A stretch of DNA of 64,000 nt, taken from Octopus vulgaris. Lineage: Eukaryota. Both the position numbers and the translations under genes were made by a program. The notes beneath the pieces were generated by a model that saw only the letters and a program-made list of their open reading frames with translations, made no database searches and was not told the DNA's origin. Location of the stretch: assembly GCA_951406725.2 (NCBI GenBank), contig OX597821.1, positions 52,142,001 through 52,206,000 on the forward strand, written 5' to 3'. Positions 40,060-54,089 of this stretch are shown here, in pieces (position 1 is the stretch's first letter; the number at the start of each line of letters is the position of its first letter).

Positions 40060-40305
40060 ATATGGCAGTATACTACCGAGCACATTGTGGTATAGTTCAC
40101 CATTTAGATACTGCTCGATTTCATCTGCCACACATTCGTATATTTCACCATCCACACAGCACTAAATTTCACCAAACATATAGTAGTATTCAACATTGAT
40201 ATGGTGATAGATTTTACAAGCGACATGGAGTATTGTGAAAACATTCAGGTAGTGCTATATTTTACTATCCACAAGATGATATAGTTCACATTCACATAGT
40301 GCTAC
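40060..40305. repeat. Degenerate tandem repeat of about 24 bp
   Basis: tatagttcaccatttagatactgc, tatatttcaccatccacacagcac, taaatttcaccaaacatatagtag, tatattttactatccacaagatga. Confidence 0.6.
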
Positions 40306-43070
40306 AACCGCTCTAAGTAGTGGCAGCTCTAAAATTTCATCGAATATTTTGCAATTTTCAGTTCTGTTTTTTCCTTTGTGCCTACAGAAAACCATGGTAA
40401 CCTTTCCGATGTTGGAAATTATGCATTTTGTCCGTTCTGCTATTGTCATGATATATTTTGGAGAATACCTGAAATCGACTTGATTGGTAGCTTAAGCTCA
40501 ACAAAATATAAGGAAAAAGAACCACGACCAGTACCGTTATCGACCGGCGGTGGCAGTGGCGACCACCACTACCACCACCGTCGAAACCACCACCATCGTC
40601 ACAATCAAAAGCAACCATCGCCACGCCAAACATAAAAATCAGCACAACCACAAATACCCGCGCAATACCCATTACTACAACCACTATTACCCAAACAAAG
40701 TAAAAAGAAAGGAAGAAAGAACTATAAAGAGAATGAGTCGGTGGCGATGGATTTGACCATAAGTAATGAGTGACTTGTAGATGTTCAACACTGAGCGTGG
40801 ACTATACCTTGAAAAGTCTCAGCGGCGTTGTAAGACTCCAAACAATTCAAAGCTCTGAGGTTGTCGTATTTATTTGTTGACAGTCAACCACATCCCATAT
40901 AGATCAGAATTGAACCCCTAGACTCATGAGGCACCCCAAAAAACTATCCAGTGTACCCATCATTAAGAGGGCACTAATTGTACTACATGATAATGCATTA
41001 CTGTATATGAAAAAACAAAACCCCCACTCAAGAGAAACGTCTTTCAAACCAGAAAAAATCTGTTTTAGTTCTTGGTCAACGAGTCAAGAGCTAAGTGTTT
41101 TGAGAGCCGTCGATAATCGTAGGTTGCACGGTAATCTGATGAATTTTCAGCATCGAAGTGTCATCTGCACTAAGATAACGAAAGGAATAAACAAACTGAA
41201 TAATTAATGAACAAAAATTAGTAAAATTAGTAAACAACACCTTTTAATGATATTTGCCATTCTCAGACACCTTATTTGAAGAGTTGTTGTAAGGTCAATA
41301 TTTCTATGTCAGAAGCAAGTCTAAGACGGTTCTGAAGAATCCAACTGAATAGTCAAATAAGTTTATGAAAGAGAAACAGACCGAAATATAGACGAAAATA
41401 TAACATTATTAAATCTACAGAAATGGTAAGCCAACATTTATCGATTATTCGTACATTATGGTGATATATGTATCTTTATTAACGTCATCTTTGTAGCTAC
41501 TACTATTATAATTACGATTTGCCGCTAGGTTTCAAGATATTTAAAATTAGAATGAATGATAATTAATTGTCTCAGAATTTCGAATTGATTACCAAAAATT
41601 ACTGAGAAGCCAATAGGGATTAAATATAAAAGAAAAAAAATGGAAACCTATTCAGAAGTCAAAAATCATTAACACCACTATCATCACCATCATCACCACC
41701 ACCACCACCACCACCACCACTGCTGCTGCTACTACTAATACTACTGTTTCTCGGAATAAACACAAGAGAAATTCACTAAAAGAACGACTTCCAATAAGAC
41801 CATTGCAATCCATATGTATGTAAAGCCTCCTTATATAATATAGTATTACATGTTGTTCTGAGGATAGTCGTTTTAACTTAGAATAATTTTTTTTACCAGC
41901 CAGCTACTTGGTAGCGAGATAGTGAAAGAAAGTATCTTGTTTTAACAATCATCTTTTAAATCTTATAAAGGCCTTGCAATCCCAGGTACGTGATCATTTG
42001 GAACGTATTAATTACGGGTTTGCGTTCTCTCTCTGAGATCCCAATTTAGCCATACTTTGCTCCAAAAAAATAGGCATGTATCCTGTTGGCTTAATGATAA
42101 CGGATATGAAGCTGAGAATATATCTTGGGTACTGGATATGCAAACTCCTTATCGATACACGTATGTATGTATGTATGTATGTATGTATGTATGTATGTAT
42201 GTATGTATGTATGTATGCATGCATGTATGCATATATGCATGTATGTGTGTGTGTTTATGTATGCATGCATGTATATATTGTATATATATACAGGTATGCA
42301 TGTATATAAGCATTTATGTATGTATATATATATGTGTGTGTGTATATATACATATCATAAATATATAAATATACATATATATTCTATGTGTGTGTAAGGG
42401 TGTGTATGTGTATTGTGTGTGTGTGTGACGGTACGTGGACTAATGGTTAGAGTTATCGGCTCATGATCGTAAAATTGTGAGTTCAATTCATGGATCGTCC
42501 TTGAGTAAGGCACTTCGTTTCCCGTTGCTTCAATCTACTCGTCTCAAAATAAGCAACAGTATTGGTGCAGCCTACTCTCACTCACCCCCAGCTTTTATAT
42601 AATCGACTTTTGCCCCACATGCTAACGATTCTGCCAGCTCACCGCCTTAAGCTGTTAAGGGTCATACGTGGGCTTTCAGTGATGAGGTGATGTTGATATT
42701 GATGAGACAAAGATGGCGCAAGTGAGGATCGTGGTGACAGATGATAGCATTAATGAAGGCGGATTTACTTTTGTTATGTATCGTACAATTGTCTTGATGT
42801 TCAAACAGCGGTGACGGAGGTGCGTATGGCTGATGGTTGCAATAGCTAAAAAAGAGATCAGGGGCAGTATTGGGGCACCATTAAAAGCCCTTGTATTAAT
42901 CTCAACATTACTCGCTTGCCGCAACAGATCTACCCACCAGTATGTCTTTTACCTACACTTTTGCAAGTCTGTATATCTCTCTACCAAAGACTCCTATGTA
43001 AGTACCATTATCACATGTATTTTCTGACGAGCCCATGAGTATAACAGAATATACACATACTTTTATAAAT

Positions 43071-43122
<52 letters not shown>

Positions 43123-43193
43123 TTTATTTTTTGTAGTTTTGACCGCATTGGTCCCTCTTAGCGTGTTGGTATCTACGTATAGTAGTACCCTCA

Positions 43194-43251
<58 letters not shown>

Positions 43252-43337
43252 TACCCGTTATTAGTTGATTTAGGCTGTTCACGACTATGGGAAACAGAGC
43301 TCAGCACGAATGGAAACTTAAGGCAGATTGCTAGCTC

Positions 43338-43374
<37 letters not shown>

Positions 43375-43516
43375 ACACACTCGCACACACACACGCGAAC
43401 TAAACACACACAACACACTCACGCACGCACGCACACACACAAATATGCATAATAAGTGTGTGTATGTTCATACGTACATTTCTACCTACTATCTATATGC
43501 ATACATTCATAAGCAA

Positions 43517-43518
<2 letters not shown>

Positions 43519-43573
<55 letters not shown>

Positions 43574-43576
43574 TAG

Positions 43577-43648
<72 letters not shown>
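43519..43648. repeat. Compound (TA)n(GATA)n(GA)n microsatellite
   Basis: Direct reading. Confidence 0.95.
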
Positions 43649-43652
<4 letters not shown>

Positions 43653-44475
43653 GGTACCTTGTGCATTCATTTGTACATATACATATACGCATACGAAGAT
43701 AACTTCTTTTGAAAAAAGATATTTTGTATTTATGTACATTTTTGGATTTTCAATTGCTTATGGAAACCGAATTGTTTTCTTTCTTTTTATCATATTCTAT
43801 AATTTTTAGATATATTTTTGAAAGTAATGTAATAAAAGACATTTATTGATTATGAAACCGAAAATAAGTAAAAATAAGTAAATAAATGTACGAAAAAGTG
43901 TGGCAGATAAAAGAAAATCAAATAAATGCACAAACATATATTTAAGTAATAACTATGGAAAAAAATACATTCCAAGATCGTAATTCACGTTAATTAATTG
44001 TGGTCGTTTTCACGAGGAAAAAAATACTAGAGCGAGGTGAAATGTACACACATATACACATACACACACACACGCGCGAATAATATATATACATATGTGT
44101 GTGTATGTATGTGTGTGTGTGTGCATTAGCAATTCGGGATATAGTTATTTACATCAGAATACTCAAGAGACAAAATTCTAATTTAAGTTTAGCATTAGAT
44201 ATTTTTTTTATGCTTTAGAAATATCTGCAGTGGTAATAAGTATTCCAGTCAGTTAAGCTCCAGATAGGAATTAGAATCAATCTTGGATAGATTTGAATAA
44301 CAAACAGAAAATTGTATACGCAATTCTTTTTGACTATTTCCCTGTCGTTTATGAAGGGATTGCGGTGATGCTGGGGTACCGCTTTTAAAGGATTTGATTT
44401 GATTATACGGTTATCGATCGACGGGATATTCAGATACATTTGTGTGTGTGTATGTATATATATATATATATATGT

Positions 44476-44860
44476 GGAGGCGCAATGGCCCAGTGGTTAG
44501 GGCAGCGGACTCGCGGTCATAGGATCGCGGTTTCGATTCCCAGACCGGGCGTTGTGAGTGTTTATTGAGCGAAAACACCTAAAAGCTCCACGAGTCTCCG
44601 GCAGGGGATGGTGGTGATCCCTGCTGTACTCTTTCACCACAACTTTCTCTCACTCTTACTTCCTGTTTCTGTTGTACCTGTATTTCAAAGGGCCGGCCTT
44701 GTCACTCTCTGTGTCACGCTGAATATCTCCGAGAACTACGTTAAGGGTACACGTGTCTGTGGAGTGCTCAGCCACTTACACGTTAATTTCACGAGCAGGC
44801 TGTTCGGTTGATTCGGATCAACCGGAACCCTCATCGTCGTAACCGACGGAGTGCTTCCAT
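44476..44860 (+). mobile_element. tRNA-derived SINE family C, apparently full length
   Basis: A-box tggcccagtgg and B-box ggtttcgattcc, about 385 bp, TA-rich flanks. The head is nearly identical to the reverse complement of 26060-26142. Confidence 0.8.
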
Positions 44861-44909
44861 ATATGTATATATATATATATATGTATATGTATGTATGCAT
44901 GTATGTATG

Positions 44910-44944
<35 letters not shown>

Positions 44945-44946
<2 letters not shown>

Positions 44947-46305
44947 AAAAATGTCAAGGTGAAAAATGCTAAAATAATATAAAAAACATTTCAGTACCGG
45001 TTCCAGTTATTGAGACTTTTTCGACAGTAAGTATGGAAAAGAATTAAATTTGTCTTTCAAAAGAATATTTGCATAGTACAAGGGGCATTTTCCTTGTTTC
45101 TGTCTCTCTCTGTCTCTCTTGTTTACTCTTGTGGATTCGAAGTCGTTGTGAATTCTTGGCAGAGAAGAAGAAGAAGAAGAAGAAGAAGAAGAAGAAGAAG
45201 AAGAAGAAGAAGAAGAAGAAGAAGAAGAATGCGGTAGTGCCATGATAGTAATAGGATGTTAAGTGGTCAAGTGCCCTGAAAGTGACTTGTTGTGGATGGT
45301 AGTAGTGATTGAATTCTTGAGACGTATCTTTTGAATGTATTGTTTAAAACATTTGCACAAGTGTTATTCTAGACAGCAGTAGTTGTAAAGTAAAGAAGGA
45401 GGTAGCGGAGAGCAAGAAGACGAAGAAGGGGAAAGAGAAGACAGAATAATAAGGGAATGCGGGAAGTTAAATGCTCAAGTGACCTAAAAGTGATTCGTTG
45501 TGTATTCTAGCAGTGATTGGGATTGTTTTTAATGAATTCTTGGATATCTCTTAAATGCATAATTTTTAATATTTGCGTGTGTGTTATTCCAAGGCCGTGG
45601 TGGATATGTCGTTTGTTGTAGATGCGTTCAAAAGGGGTCTGTATTTCGTAATAAAGAATGTCTCTTTACTAATTCGTTGGCTACAGGTTGTATCATCCCT
45701 GAACTAGTAGAGGAGAACAATTATGAAGCTTGGATTTATGTTATTGGCGCAAATGTCGATGTGTTGGCTGAATGCTATTTTTCTGTTTTGGGGAATTTTG
45801 ATCTGGGTTCTGTGCAAAGCCATTCTTTAACGTAGGTTGTTTTTTGTTTGGCCTATGTATTGATCTTGACACCCGTAGCAGGTTAGTGCGTATATCAGGT
45901 TCTCCGAAGCACATGTGAAGCTGCCTTTCACTGTGAAACGCTGTCCCTGCTTGAAAGAGAACTCTGATCCCTCAATTAAATTGATTTATATTCCACAGTT
46001 GGGTCTTCCGCATTTTTTTTACTGACAGCTTCAGTGTTGTTGTTGAGCGTATTCGGGTTAGTGTTAGGAGAATTTTCATAGATTTGGGCTGGCTCTTGCT
46101 TTTTATGATGGTGTGTGTTTGAAGGATTAAGTTTATTCTGTGGTCCTTTTTTAGCAGGAGAATGTTTTGAAGGATGGTGTCGAAGGCTTTATTGTTAAGA
46201 GGGATGTGCGTGGAGATGTATGGTAAGGCTTTTGGTTGTAAATCCTTTTTTAAGTTTGGAGTAGGAGGCGGTTAGTGTTCGTTCGTTTGTATTGACAAAG
46301 CTAAT
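44945..46305 (-). mobile_element. Decayed Penelope-like retroelement, 3' part (linker, GIY-YIG endonuclease, 3' region)
   Basis: Minus strand reads LPYISTH...KSQPKSMKILL, then CGRPNCG and FTCASENLIYALTCYGCQDQYIGQT (45845-46015), with stops and frameshifts. Not captured by the ORF track. Confidence 0.85.
45164..45229. repeat. (GAA)n microsatellite inside the Penelope-like remnant
   Basis: Direct reading. Confidence 0.95.
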
Positions 46306-47757
46306 ATGGCCAAGGTGTGCTGGAACAGAATTTTACCAATAACGTCCAAACAAAGAAATAATCAGTGTCTATGTGGTCACGATACTGGTTGAAAAAACAG
46401 TCACACCTTACTCAAATTACATCTGAACGTCTTATAAAAATAACAGTTTGTCTTATAAAAATAACAGTTTGTCTTGAAAAGGCTTTACAGTCATGAATAA
46501 AAATCCTTTGATCATGGGCTTGTTTAATCGCGTCTGTCCATGGGCTAAACTGCAATCATAAGTAATAACATCATCGGCAGTTTGATCATTCTTGACGATT
46601 AATAACATGCAACTGGTTATGTTTCTGTTAAATAAGTTAGGAATGATCTCTTGAAAATGAAATGTATGACTTCCAAATTCAAACGAAATTCTAGACGATA
46701 TGGACATTTTGTATGTTCGGATAATTTCCTATGTTGTAGGAGATAGGAAGAACCTAATATTTTGGAATTGGCTTTTCTTTGTGACGGACCAAGGACAGCC
46801 TATTACATTAAATTACTCCATTCCCCAAAGTATTGAAACATATCCAGAGATCCTGAATCACAAACTTCAAGGTAGAATTTTTCCACCTTACGTAGACCAC
46901 CACCACCACCACCACCATGAAAACGCCGATGACGACCATCACGACCACAACCACGATCACTAATGTTGTCATATTTTGCTTTATGTTAAACATTAGATGT
47001 TAATGTCCGAGAAACTTTCTAATCCCGATAGAAAAGTGGTGTCTGGAATAAGATATCAAGCCTTTAAGAAATTATGCATCTTGTGTAATAATTGAATTGA
47101 GGAGAATTACGATGCCAACGAAAAAAAAAAAAAAGACGAAAGAAAGACATTTTGCAGGTATTTCTAAAACTATATACATAAATGATGTTAGCTTCGAATT
47201 CAGGTAAGTATTCCTTGTCTTTATCTATTAAGTTATTGGCAAGATCTGTTCCATCTTATTTCCGACTGCTTAGCTTTCTTACTATAAAAACCACACCAGG
47301 GGAGATGGAATTTCTATGTGACTGCTTGATCTGCTGGAAACAACAGATAAACTTTCGAGAATAAATTACATTCGACTATCTTAAAATTGACATCTAATAT
47401 TACGCTGTGCAATGTCGCATTCGATAAACGATTGCTAAATAAATAAAAATTGGTCACAATGGGAAAATATTTGGTGAAAAGGCTGTTTAATAAAAGTATT
47501 CATAAGCCTAAATGACAATAATAACAAAAAGTAAGAGTAGTTATTCTTTAAATTCTATTCATTATTGCGTTTCAAAACCAGTTTCTAATATTGAATAATT
47601 CTTCCACATGTGTATCTCTATAAACTTATCAATAACTAAACACCGGTTCCTCGTATTTCTTAATTTCATTAACATCAAATATATAATTATCATACAAAAG
47701 GTATATATGTAAAAAAGAAATCTCTATTCCATCTTCGTCTGAGGCATTGTGTCATAA

Positions 47758-47972
47758 CCCTTACTACAATAGGCACAGGGCCTTATATTTTGGGGGAGAG
47801 GGCAAGTCGATTACATCGAAACCAGTGCATAATTGGTACTTATTTCATCGACCCCGAAAGGATAAAAGGCAAGGTCGACCTCGGCGGAATATGAACTCAG
47901 AATGTGAAAACGGACGAAATGTCGCTAAGCATTTTTCCGGCGTGCTTTCGATTCTGCCAGATCGCCGCCTTT
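47758..47972 (-). mobile_element. SINE family A
   Basis: Reverse-strand match to the family A consensus. Confidence 0.85.
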
Positions 47973-48553
47973 AGCCTAGTATCATAATAAGAAACGAACA
48001 GACGTTTGTTTAATATCTCCACCTGCTACAAATATCTTCAAAATGATGATAATAATATAGACGGAGGCACATATACTCTGTAGATGCACACACACATACA
48101 CACACCCACACATCAATACATAAATATATGCGGACATCAATACATATAGACATGTGACGCATGTATTTGTATAGGACAGCAAATTTTACAAACACCCCAA
48201 AAAAAACCAAGGTTAAGACAAGAGAAATTACAATGAAAAAATTCTCTACATAAATTACCTCTCCTTATGTGTGTATTTTATATCTCACGCTATACCACCA
48301 AGCAATGTAATCCTCGTGTTATCTCATATAGTATCATTTAAAATGGAGGCAGGTTACCAACGTTTTTAGAGTAACGCTTGTTAATTGCAATGTTCTCCAT
48401 ATGAAACATTGCAAATTCACAAATAAAGAATACACACACACACATGTACACACAAAGATGTTAAAACTTTTGCTTCACACTGTATAGAAATTCTGAGTAT
48501 TTAAAAGTTTTTTTCATGTAATATGACCATAGTGCAAGTATCAATTTTATCTA

Positions 48554-48627
<74 letters not shown>

Positions 48628-48645
48628 TTATCTATCCGTTCGTCC

Positions 48646-48680
<35 letters not shown>
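48554..48680. repeat. (ATCT)n(GTCT)n microsatellite
   Basis: Direct reading. Confidence 0.95.
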
Positions 48681-48681
<1 letters not shown>

Positions 48682-49037
48682 CTGTGTGTGAGTAAGTTAT
48701 TATTAGGTTTATAAGCATAACTATAATCAACATATTTATCCTCATTGTTTAAAGAACCCCTGTGGTTAAACTACAGACACTCTATAGAGAGAACTGAATA
48801 CAAATGTGATTAATTTCGGTTTATTCTAGTCATTAGTGGCTTCTCAAGAGTTCGTCTTTATAAGTCAAGGCCGTGAGATAAAGAAAAAAAACTGCAACTA
48901 TTTTACAATATTACCTTGAAGTACGGATACTGATTTCATTTATTTGAATCTCATAATTGTTAATGACGCCGCATTTTTATTACATTCACAATTTAAATTA
49001 AGATGAAAAATCCACACCTACACAAACAGTACTCAAT

Positions 49038-49248
49038 AGGCGCATTTATGGCTGTGTGAATAAGAAGATTACTAGCCAACCATATGGTCATGGGTTCAGT
49101 TCCACTGCTTGTGCAAATGTCATCTACTATAACCCCGAGACGACTTGAAACTTGTGAGTGGATTTGGAAAGATCCATTCCATCTTACCTATGACTGCTTA
49201 GTTCTGTCACTATAAACATTGGGAGAGGTAGAAACTAAAAGATGTCCG

Positions 49249-49308
<60 letters not shown>

Positions 49309-49570
49309 ATGTCTGTATGTGTGTGTGTGTGTGTGTATGCGTGTGTATCTCTTTTTCTTTGTGTTATGTTTCTTCTCCATCGCTGCTTGACCAGAAGTGT
49401 TGGTTTGTTTATATCCTGTAATTTATGGCTTGGCAAATGAATTTATGCGATAGAATAAAGTACCTAACTTGAAAAAAGTAGCGGGGCCGATTTGTTCGAT
49501 CGAAACTATTGAAGGCGGTGCACCAGTATGGCTGAAGTCCAATGATCGGAACGAATGAAAGGTAAAAGAT
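49038..49570 (+). mobile_element. SINE family B with expanded internal (TA)n(TG)n
   Basis: Head ggcgc..tggctgtgtg, internal microsatellite at 49250-49345, tail gaaggcggtgcaccagtatggc. Confidence 0.75.
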
Positions 49571-51956
49571 AAAGTAAAATATTATAGTTTCTTTCGGCGA
49601 TTAACCAAGATCACAGTGATTACTTGTTTGATAATTAGCGACATGAGACTCAAATATAGTTATTTGGTACTGCTTTTCAAGTCGATTCAAATTGTTACTG
49701 TTCTTTATCGCCAGCATTCAGTTCCTTATTACTTGCAGCTTCGTGACGACGTTTGAAGTTTGAATAGGTCGGGCGAACTTCGGAGACCCTAAAATCTTCG
49801 ACTTTATAATCTCTACTCTCAGTATTGAATTATCCTATCAATAAATGTTCTCTTGTTGTTCTTAAAATAGCTTTCAAATAAAAACCATATATAGATACAT
49901 TCATGTTTAAATGCATACATGCATATAAACATATAGTTATATAAATACATACACATATACCTACATACATGCATGCATACTTACGTACTTATATATGTAA
50001 GTATGTACATATGTATATATGCATATATATATTATTTATATTATTATGTGATTTAGCGCCATGCATCCATTTCCAAGTAAGCTTTATCTTAATTTGGATG
50101 CGACACCATTCTATTTCTCTTTCGTTTCTTTCTCTCTTATCCTTTCTCTAATTCTTTTTATCCCTCCTTCGCCGTTCTCTGTCTGTCCCTCTGTCTCACC
50201 CACTCTTCCTCCTTTGCTCTCTAGTTGCTCATACATGACCATCGGCCATCTTTCTTTTTCTAACTTGAATTTCTTTCCTGATCAGCTGCATGGATCAGAC
50301 GCAATCTTGCCGGTCTCTCGACAAATCTTGTTCCACCAGCGTTCACCACCTTACCGCGTTTAGGCTTAGCAACCCTTCCTGTTTGTTTTCACAGTCCTGT
50401 TTTTGTTACGAACTATTTAATTTGCTTTGAGGGATTAACTGCTTTGTCGAAGCCATATCTTGTGAATTGCATGAAATACAGAGTAGAAAAACAGTCGACA
50501 ACTGATGGGTCGTTTTTTTTATGTTGCTTGTCTTGTTTTCCATCTGTTTCTGTCGTTGTTCACAAAAAAATTTCGTATTGTATGTTTTCGTATTTCATGT
50601 TGTTTAAGTTCTGTGACATCCTGTGCCCATATATGTATATATATATATATGTATGTACATATACGTATGTATATATGCAGTGCATATATATATTATTTAT
50701 ATATTTATAGATAGATAGATATACATATATACATACATGCAAACATACACACATATATACACATATGAGACTGTATGTATTTATCGGGATGCACACTAAC
50801 TCAAACTCAATCTCATGTATATTTGCTTTGGTATGTAAGTATCCATGAAAAATTGATGTAAATTGAGGCAAGCAATTGTGGGGATATAACACATAAATGT
50901 TTAAGCATTATTCTGTAAGTCATACATCCTATGTCGAGACGCTATATTACAAAAAAAGAAATGAACAAATTCAAATTAAATTACTGCGAGATTAATTCGA
51001 TATAAACTAAAAGATATATCACTATGAAGTTTGAACTGGCATATCTCGAGCATTATTCGTTTAACAACTTTATCACACAAGAAAAGGAAAACATGACTGC
51101 ATTAGATCTGGGACATAAATTCATAATAAAATATACATATATAAAATTCATAGTATATGTATATTATAGTCATATGGTTCATACAATAAACTTACTGATC
51201 GAGTTATTGTCTTGAGATACTGAAATTAAATGAAGGACAATAATATTACAGTGAAATAAGCAGAACGACTATAATGCCTATGAAAATGAAATACAGAAAC
51301 ATTCCACGAAGAACGTAAACATTTAGAGTAGATTAAATTGTTGTAAATTTATATAAGCAGCTAAATAGAATTACACTTGAAATGTTCTATTTAGTATAAC
51401 AAGTTTTTTATATTATTTATGGTATAGTCAGATGGGTAAAGCCAACTTGAATGATCGATTTAAGGCGCTCAGTTTTTAGCGGGAGAGAATAATGAAATTA
51501 TTATCAAACCAAATACTTGACCTAAATTGCAACACAGCTACTCAACGATTGGGACATGGAGTGAAACAACGCTTTCTCGGTCACAGATTCTATTCACCAA
51601 GATTAGCTGATAAAGCGTCGGTCGATCTCAGGCGGCGGTAGAAGATACTAGCTCATGTTACTGTGCACAGTAGGATTAAAGCTTACACTATATAGATGTA
51701 AAGTGAATTTTTAAGCATACAGCTAACCCTGTTCTGTGAATTTGTGATACTTCACTTGCAAGCTTAGTCGCGAAATCTTGAGGTTTTGGACAGCTGAGTT
51801 AATCATCCTGTTTCTCTAACGGCTTGTAGACATTCTATATTTCAAATAGGAATCTGAAAGACTTGGACTTCAGTTGATCGCATTCTTTTGTCAGTTGTCA
51901 ATCTACTTGTTGTTGTTGCTGCTATTATCATTATTATTATTATTATTATTATTATT

Positions 51957-52527
51957 TAGGCGCCGAGCTGGCAGAATCGTTAGCACCCCAAGGAAAATGC
52001 TTGGCGGTATTTCTTCTGCCGCTATGTTCTGAGTTCAAATTTCGCCGAGGTTGACTTTGCCTTTCATCCTTTCGGGGTCGAAAAATTAAGTACCATGTAA
52101 TATGGTCCATGTTATTGACTAGTCCCCTCCCACCAAAATTTCAGGCCTTGTGCCTATAGTAGAATGGCCTATTATTATTTTTGTTATTATCATTTGATGA
52201 AAAACTCTCAGCTTTCTTTGTTGAGTGTGATGGAAAGTGTCAGCTGTCAACAGTCACTAGACTAAGGAGACACTTGTTTACTGGTCATGCTTCAAGAACC
52301 CTGCGAAAGATTATTGCAGTTCCAAGCAATGCTGATTTTGTAGGTCTTCTACCCAAACATTTCTACCAATATTTTTGAGCCATGTTGGTAGTTGAGTGCC
52401 GATACTTCCAAGTGCACCAATTACTATTGGTATCACGTCTACTCTCCTCATTGACCACGACCTTCGTATTTCCCACTTCAAATCGTCTTCAATCTATTAG
52501 TTGTTGTTGTTGTTGTTGATATTAATA

Positions 52528-52601
<74 letters not shown>

Positions 52602-53298
52602 TTTTAAGGTAGCGAGCTGGCAGAACCGTTAGCGCACTGGACGAAATGCTTGGCAGTATTTCGCCCGTCGCTACGTTCTGAGTTCAAATTGCGCCGAGGT
52701 CGACTTTGCTTCTCATTCTTTCGGGGTCGATAAAATAAGTACCAGTTGAACCCTGGGGTCAATGTAATCGACTCATCCCCTCCGCCAAAACTGTTGCTCT
52801 TGTGGCAAAATTTGAAACCATTATTATTATTATTAACATCATCATTATTATTAAGGCGGCGAGCAGGTAGAACCGTTACCACACCGGGCAAAAAGGTTAG
52901 CGGTATTTGGCCCGTCGTTAGGTTCTGAGTTCAAATTCCACCGAGGTCAACTTTGCCATTCATCCTTTCAAGGTCGAGAAACTAAGTACCAGTTGAGTAC
53001 TGGGGCCGATGTGATCGACTGTCCTCCTCCTCACAAAATCCAGGCCATATGTCTATAGTAGAAAGGATTATTATTATTATTATCATTAGTAGTAGTAAGG
53101 CGCCCAGTTGGCAGAATTGTCAGCACACTGGACAAAATGCTTAGCAGTGTTTCGCCTGTCACTACGTTCTCAGTTCAAATTCCGTCGAGGTCGGCTTTGC
53201 CTTTCATTCTTTCGGGGTCGATAAAATAAGTACCAGTTGAACACTGGAGTTGATGCAACTGACTATCCCCACAAACTGCTCTTGTGGAAAAAATTTGA

Positions 53299-53300
<2 letters not shown>
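51957..53300 (+). mobile_element. Cluster of four co-oriented SINE A copies separated by (TTA)n
   Basis: Copies at about 51957-52170, 52606-52820, 52853-53068 and 53097-53300. Confidence 0.88.
52185..52495 (-). mobile_element. 3' fragment of a third, diverged R4/Dong-like family
   Basis: Minus strand reads DDLKWEIRRSWSMRRVDVIPIVIGALGSIG then, after a frameshift, SALLGTAIIFRRVLEA*. Flanked by (TTA/TTG)n. Confidence 0.8.
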
Positions 53301-53330
<30 letters not shown>

Positions 53331-53344
53331 TAATAACAATAACA

Positions 53345-54019
53345 ACAACAGGCATGATAGAGCTGCACAATATATTCAATGGGTAATTTACAAAAGCCTG
53401 GACTTGCCCCATGATAAAAACTGGTGGGAATACAAACCACCTCCAGTGCTTGAAAATGATCATATCTCACTCCTCTGGAACTCACCATTCAAACTGACAG
53501 AAAGATAGATGCGAATAGGCCAGACATCATATTGAAAGAATTCAGACAAAAAACATGCCTCCTCATTGATATGACTGTCCCAATCGATATAAACGTATCT
53601 GTCAAGACCTACCAAAAACTGAGCAAATATAAAGATCTTGAAATAGAAATCAGCAAAATGTGGAAGCTGAAGACTAAAACAATACCTGTTGTCATAGGTG
53701 CCCTGGGAATGATAGCAAAAGGGGCTGATTGTTACCTAACTCAGATACCAGGAAATCCAAAAATGGCAGAAATTCAAAAGATAGTGCTTATGGGAACTGC
53801 TCATATCCTACGCAAAATACTTTCTATGTAATCTCAAGTTTTAAAACAAACATAATTTTCGTATGTTTTTTTAGACATTCACTAGTACAACACTAAGTAC
53901 TAAACCAAATATATGTCACCCTAGGCATAACACCAACATGAACTTCCAATTTGTTGTCTCTTGAGGTCTCTGGTTGAGACTTGGGGCCAACTTGTATAGA
54001 TGTAGAGCAAAAGTGAAAC

Positions 54020-54022
<3 letters not shown>
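53345..54022 (+). mobile_element. Second, shorter copy of the same Dong/R4 family (endonuclease end + 3'UTR)
   Basis: Near-identical to the reverse complement of 26897-27612, and ORF 53532-53831 matches its C-terminus. A 1-bp deletion lies near 53481. (AAT/AAC)n upstream and (TAA)n downstream. Confidence 0.93.
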
Positions 54023-54066
<44 letters not shown>

Positions 54067-54089
54067 CATAATAATAATAATAATGAATA

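Noticed and set aside
44476-44550. tRNA-like sequence (also 26060-26142 and 63279-63350)
   Set aside because: Has A and B boxes but no convincing acceptor stem, and continues into a SINE body.
46430-46475. 21-bp tandem duplication (also a 14-bp one at 20819-20846)
   Set aside because: Ordinary local slippage duplications.
51957-53300. Regularly spaced repeats suggesting a CRISPR-like array
   Set aside because: Units are diverged SINEs of about 210 bp separated by microsatellites in eukaryotic DNA; no cas genes.
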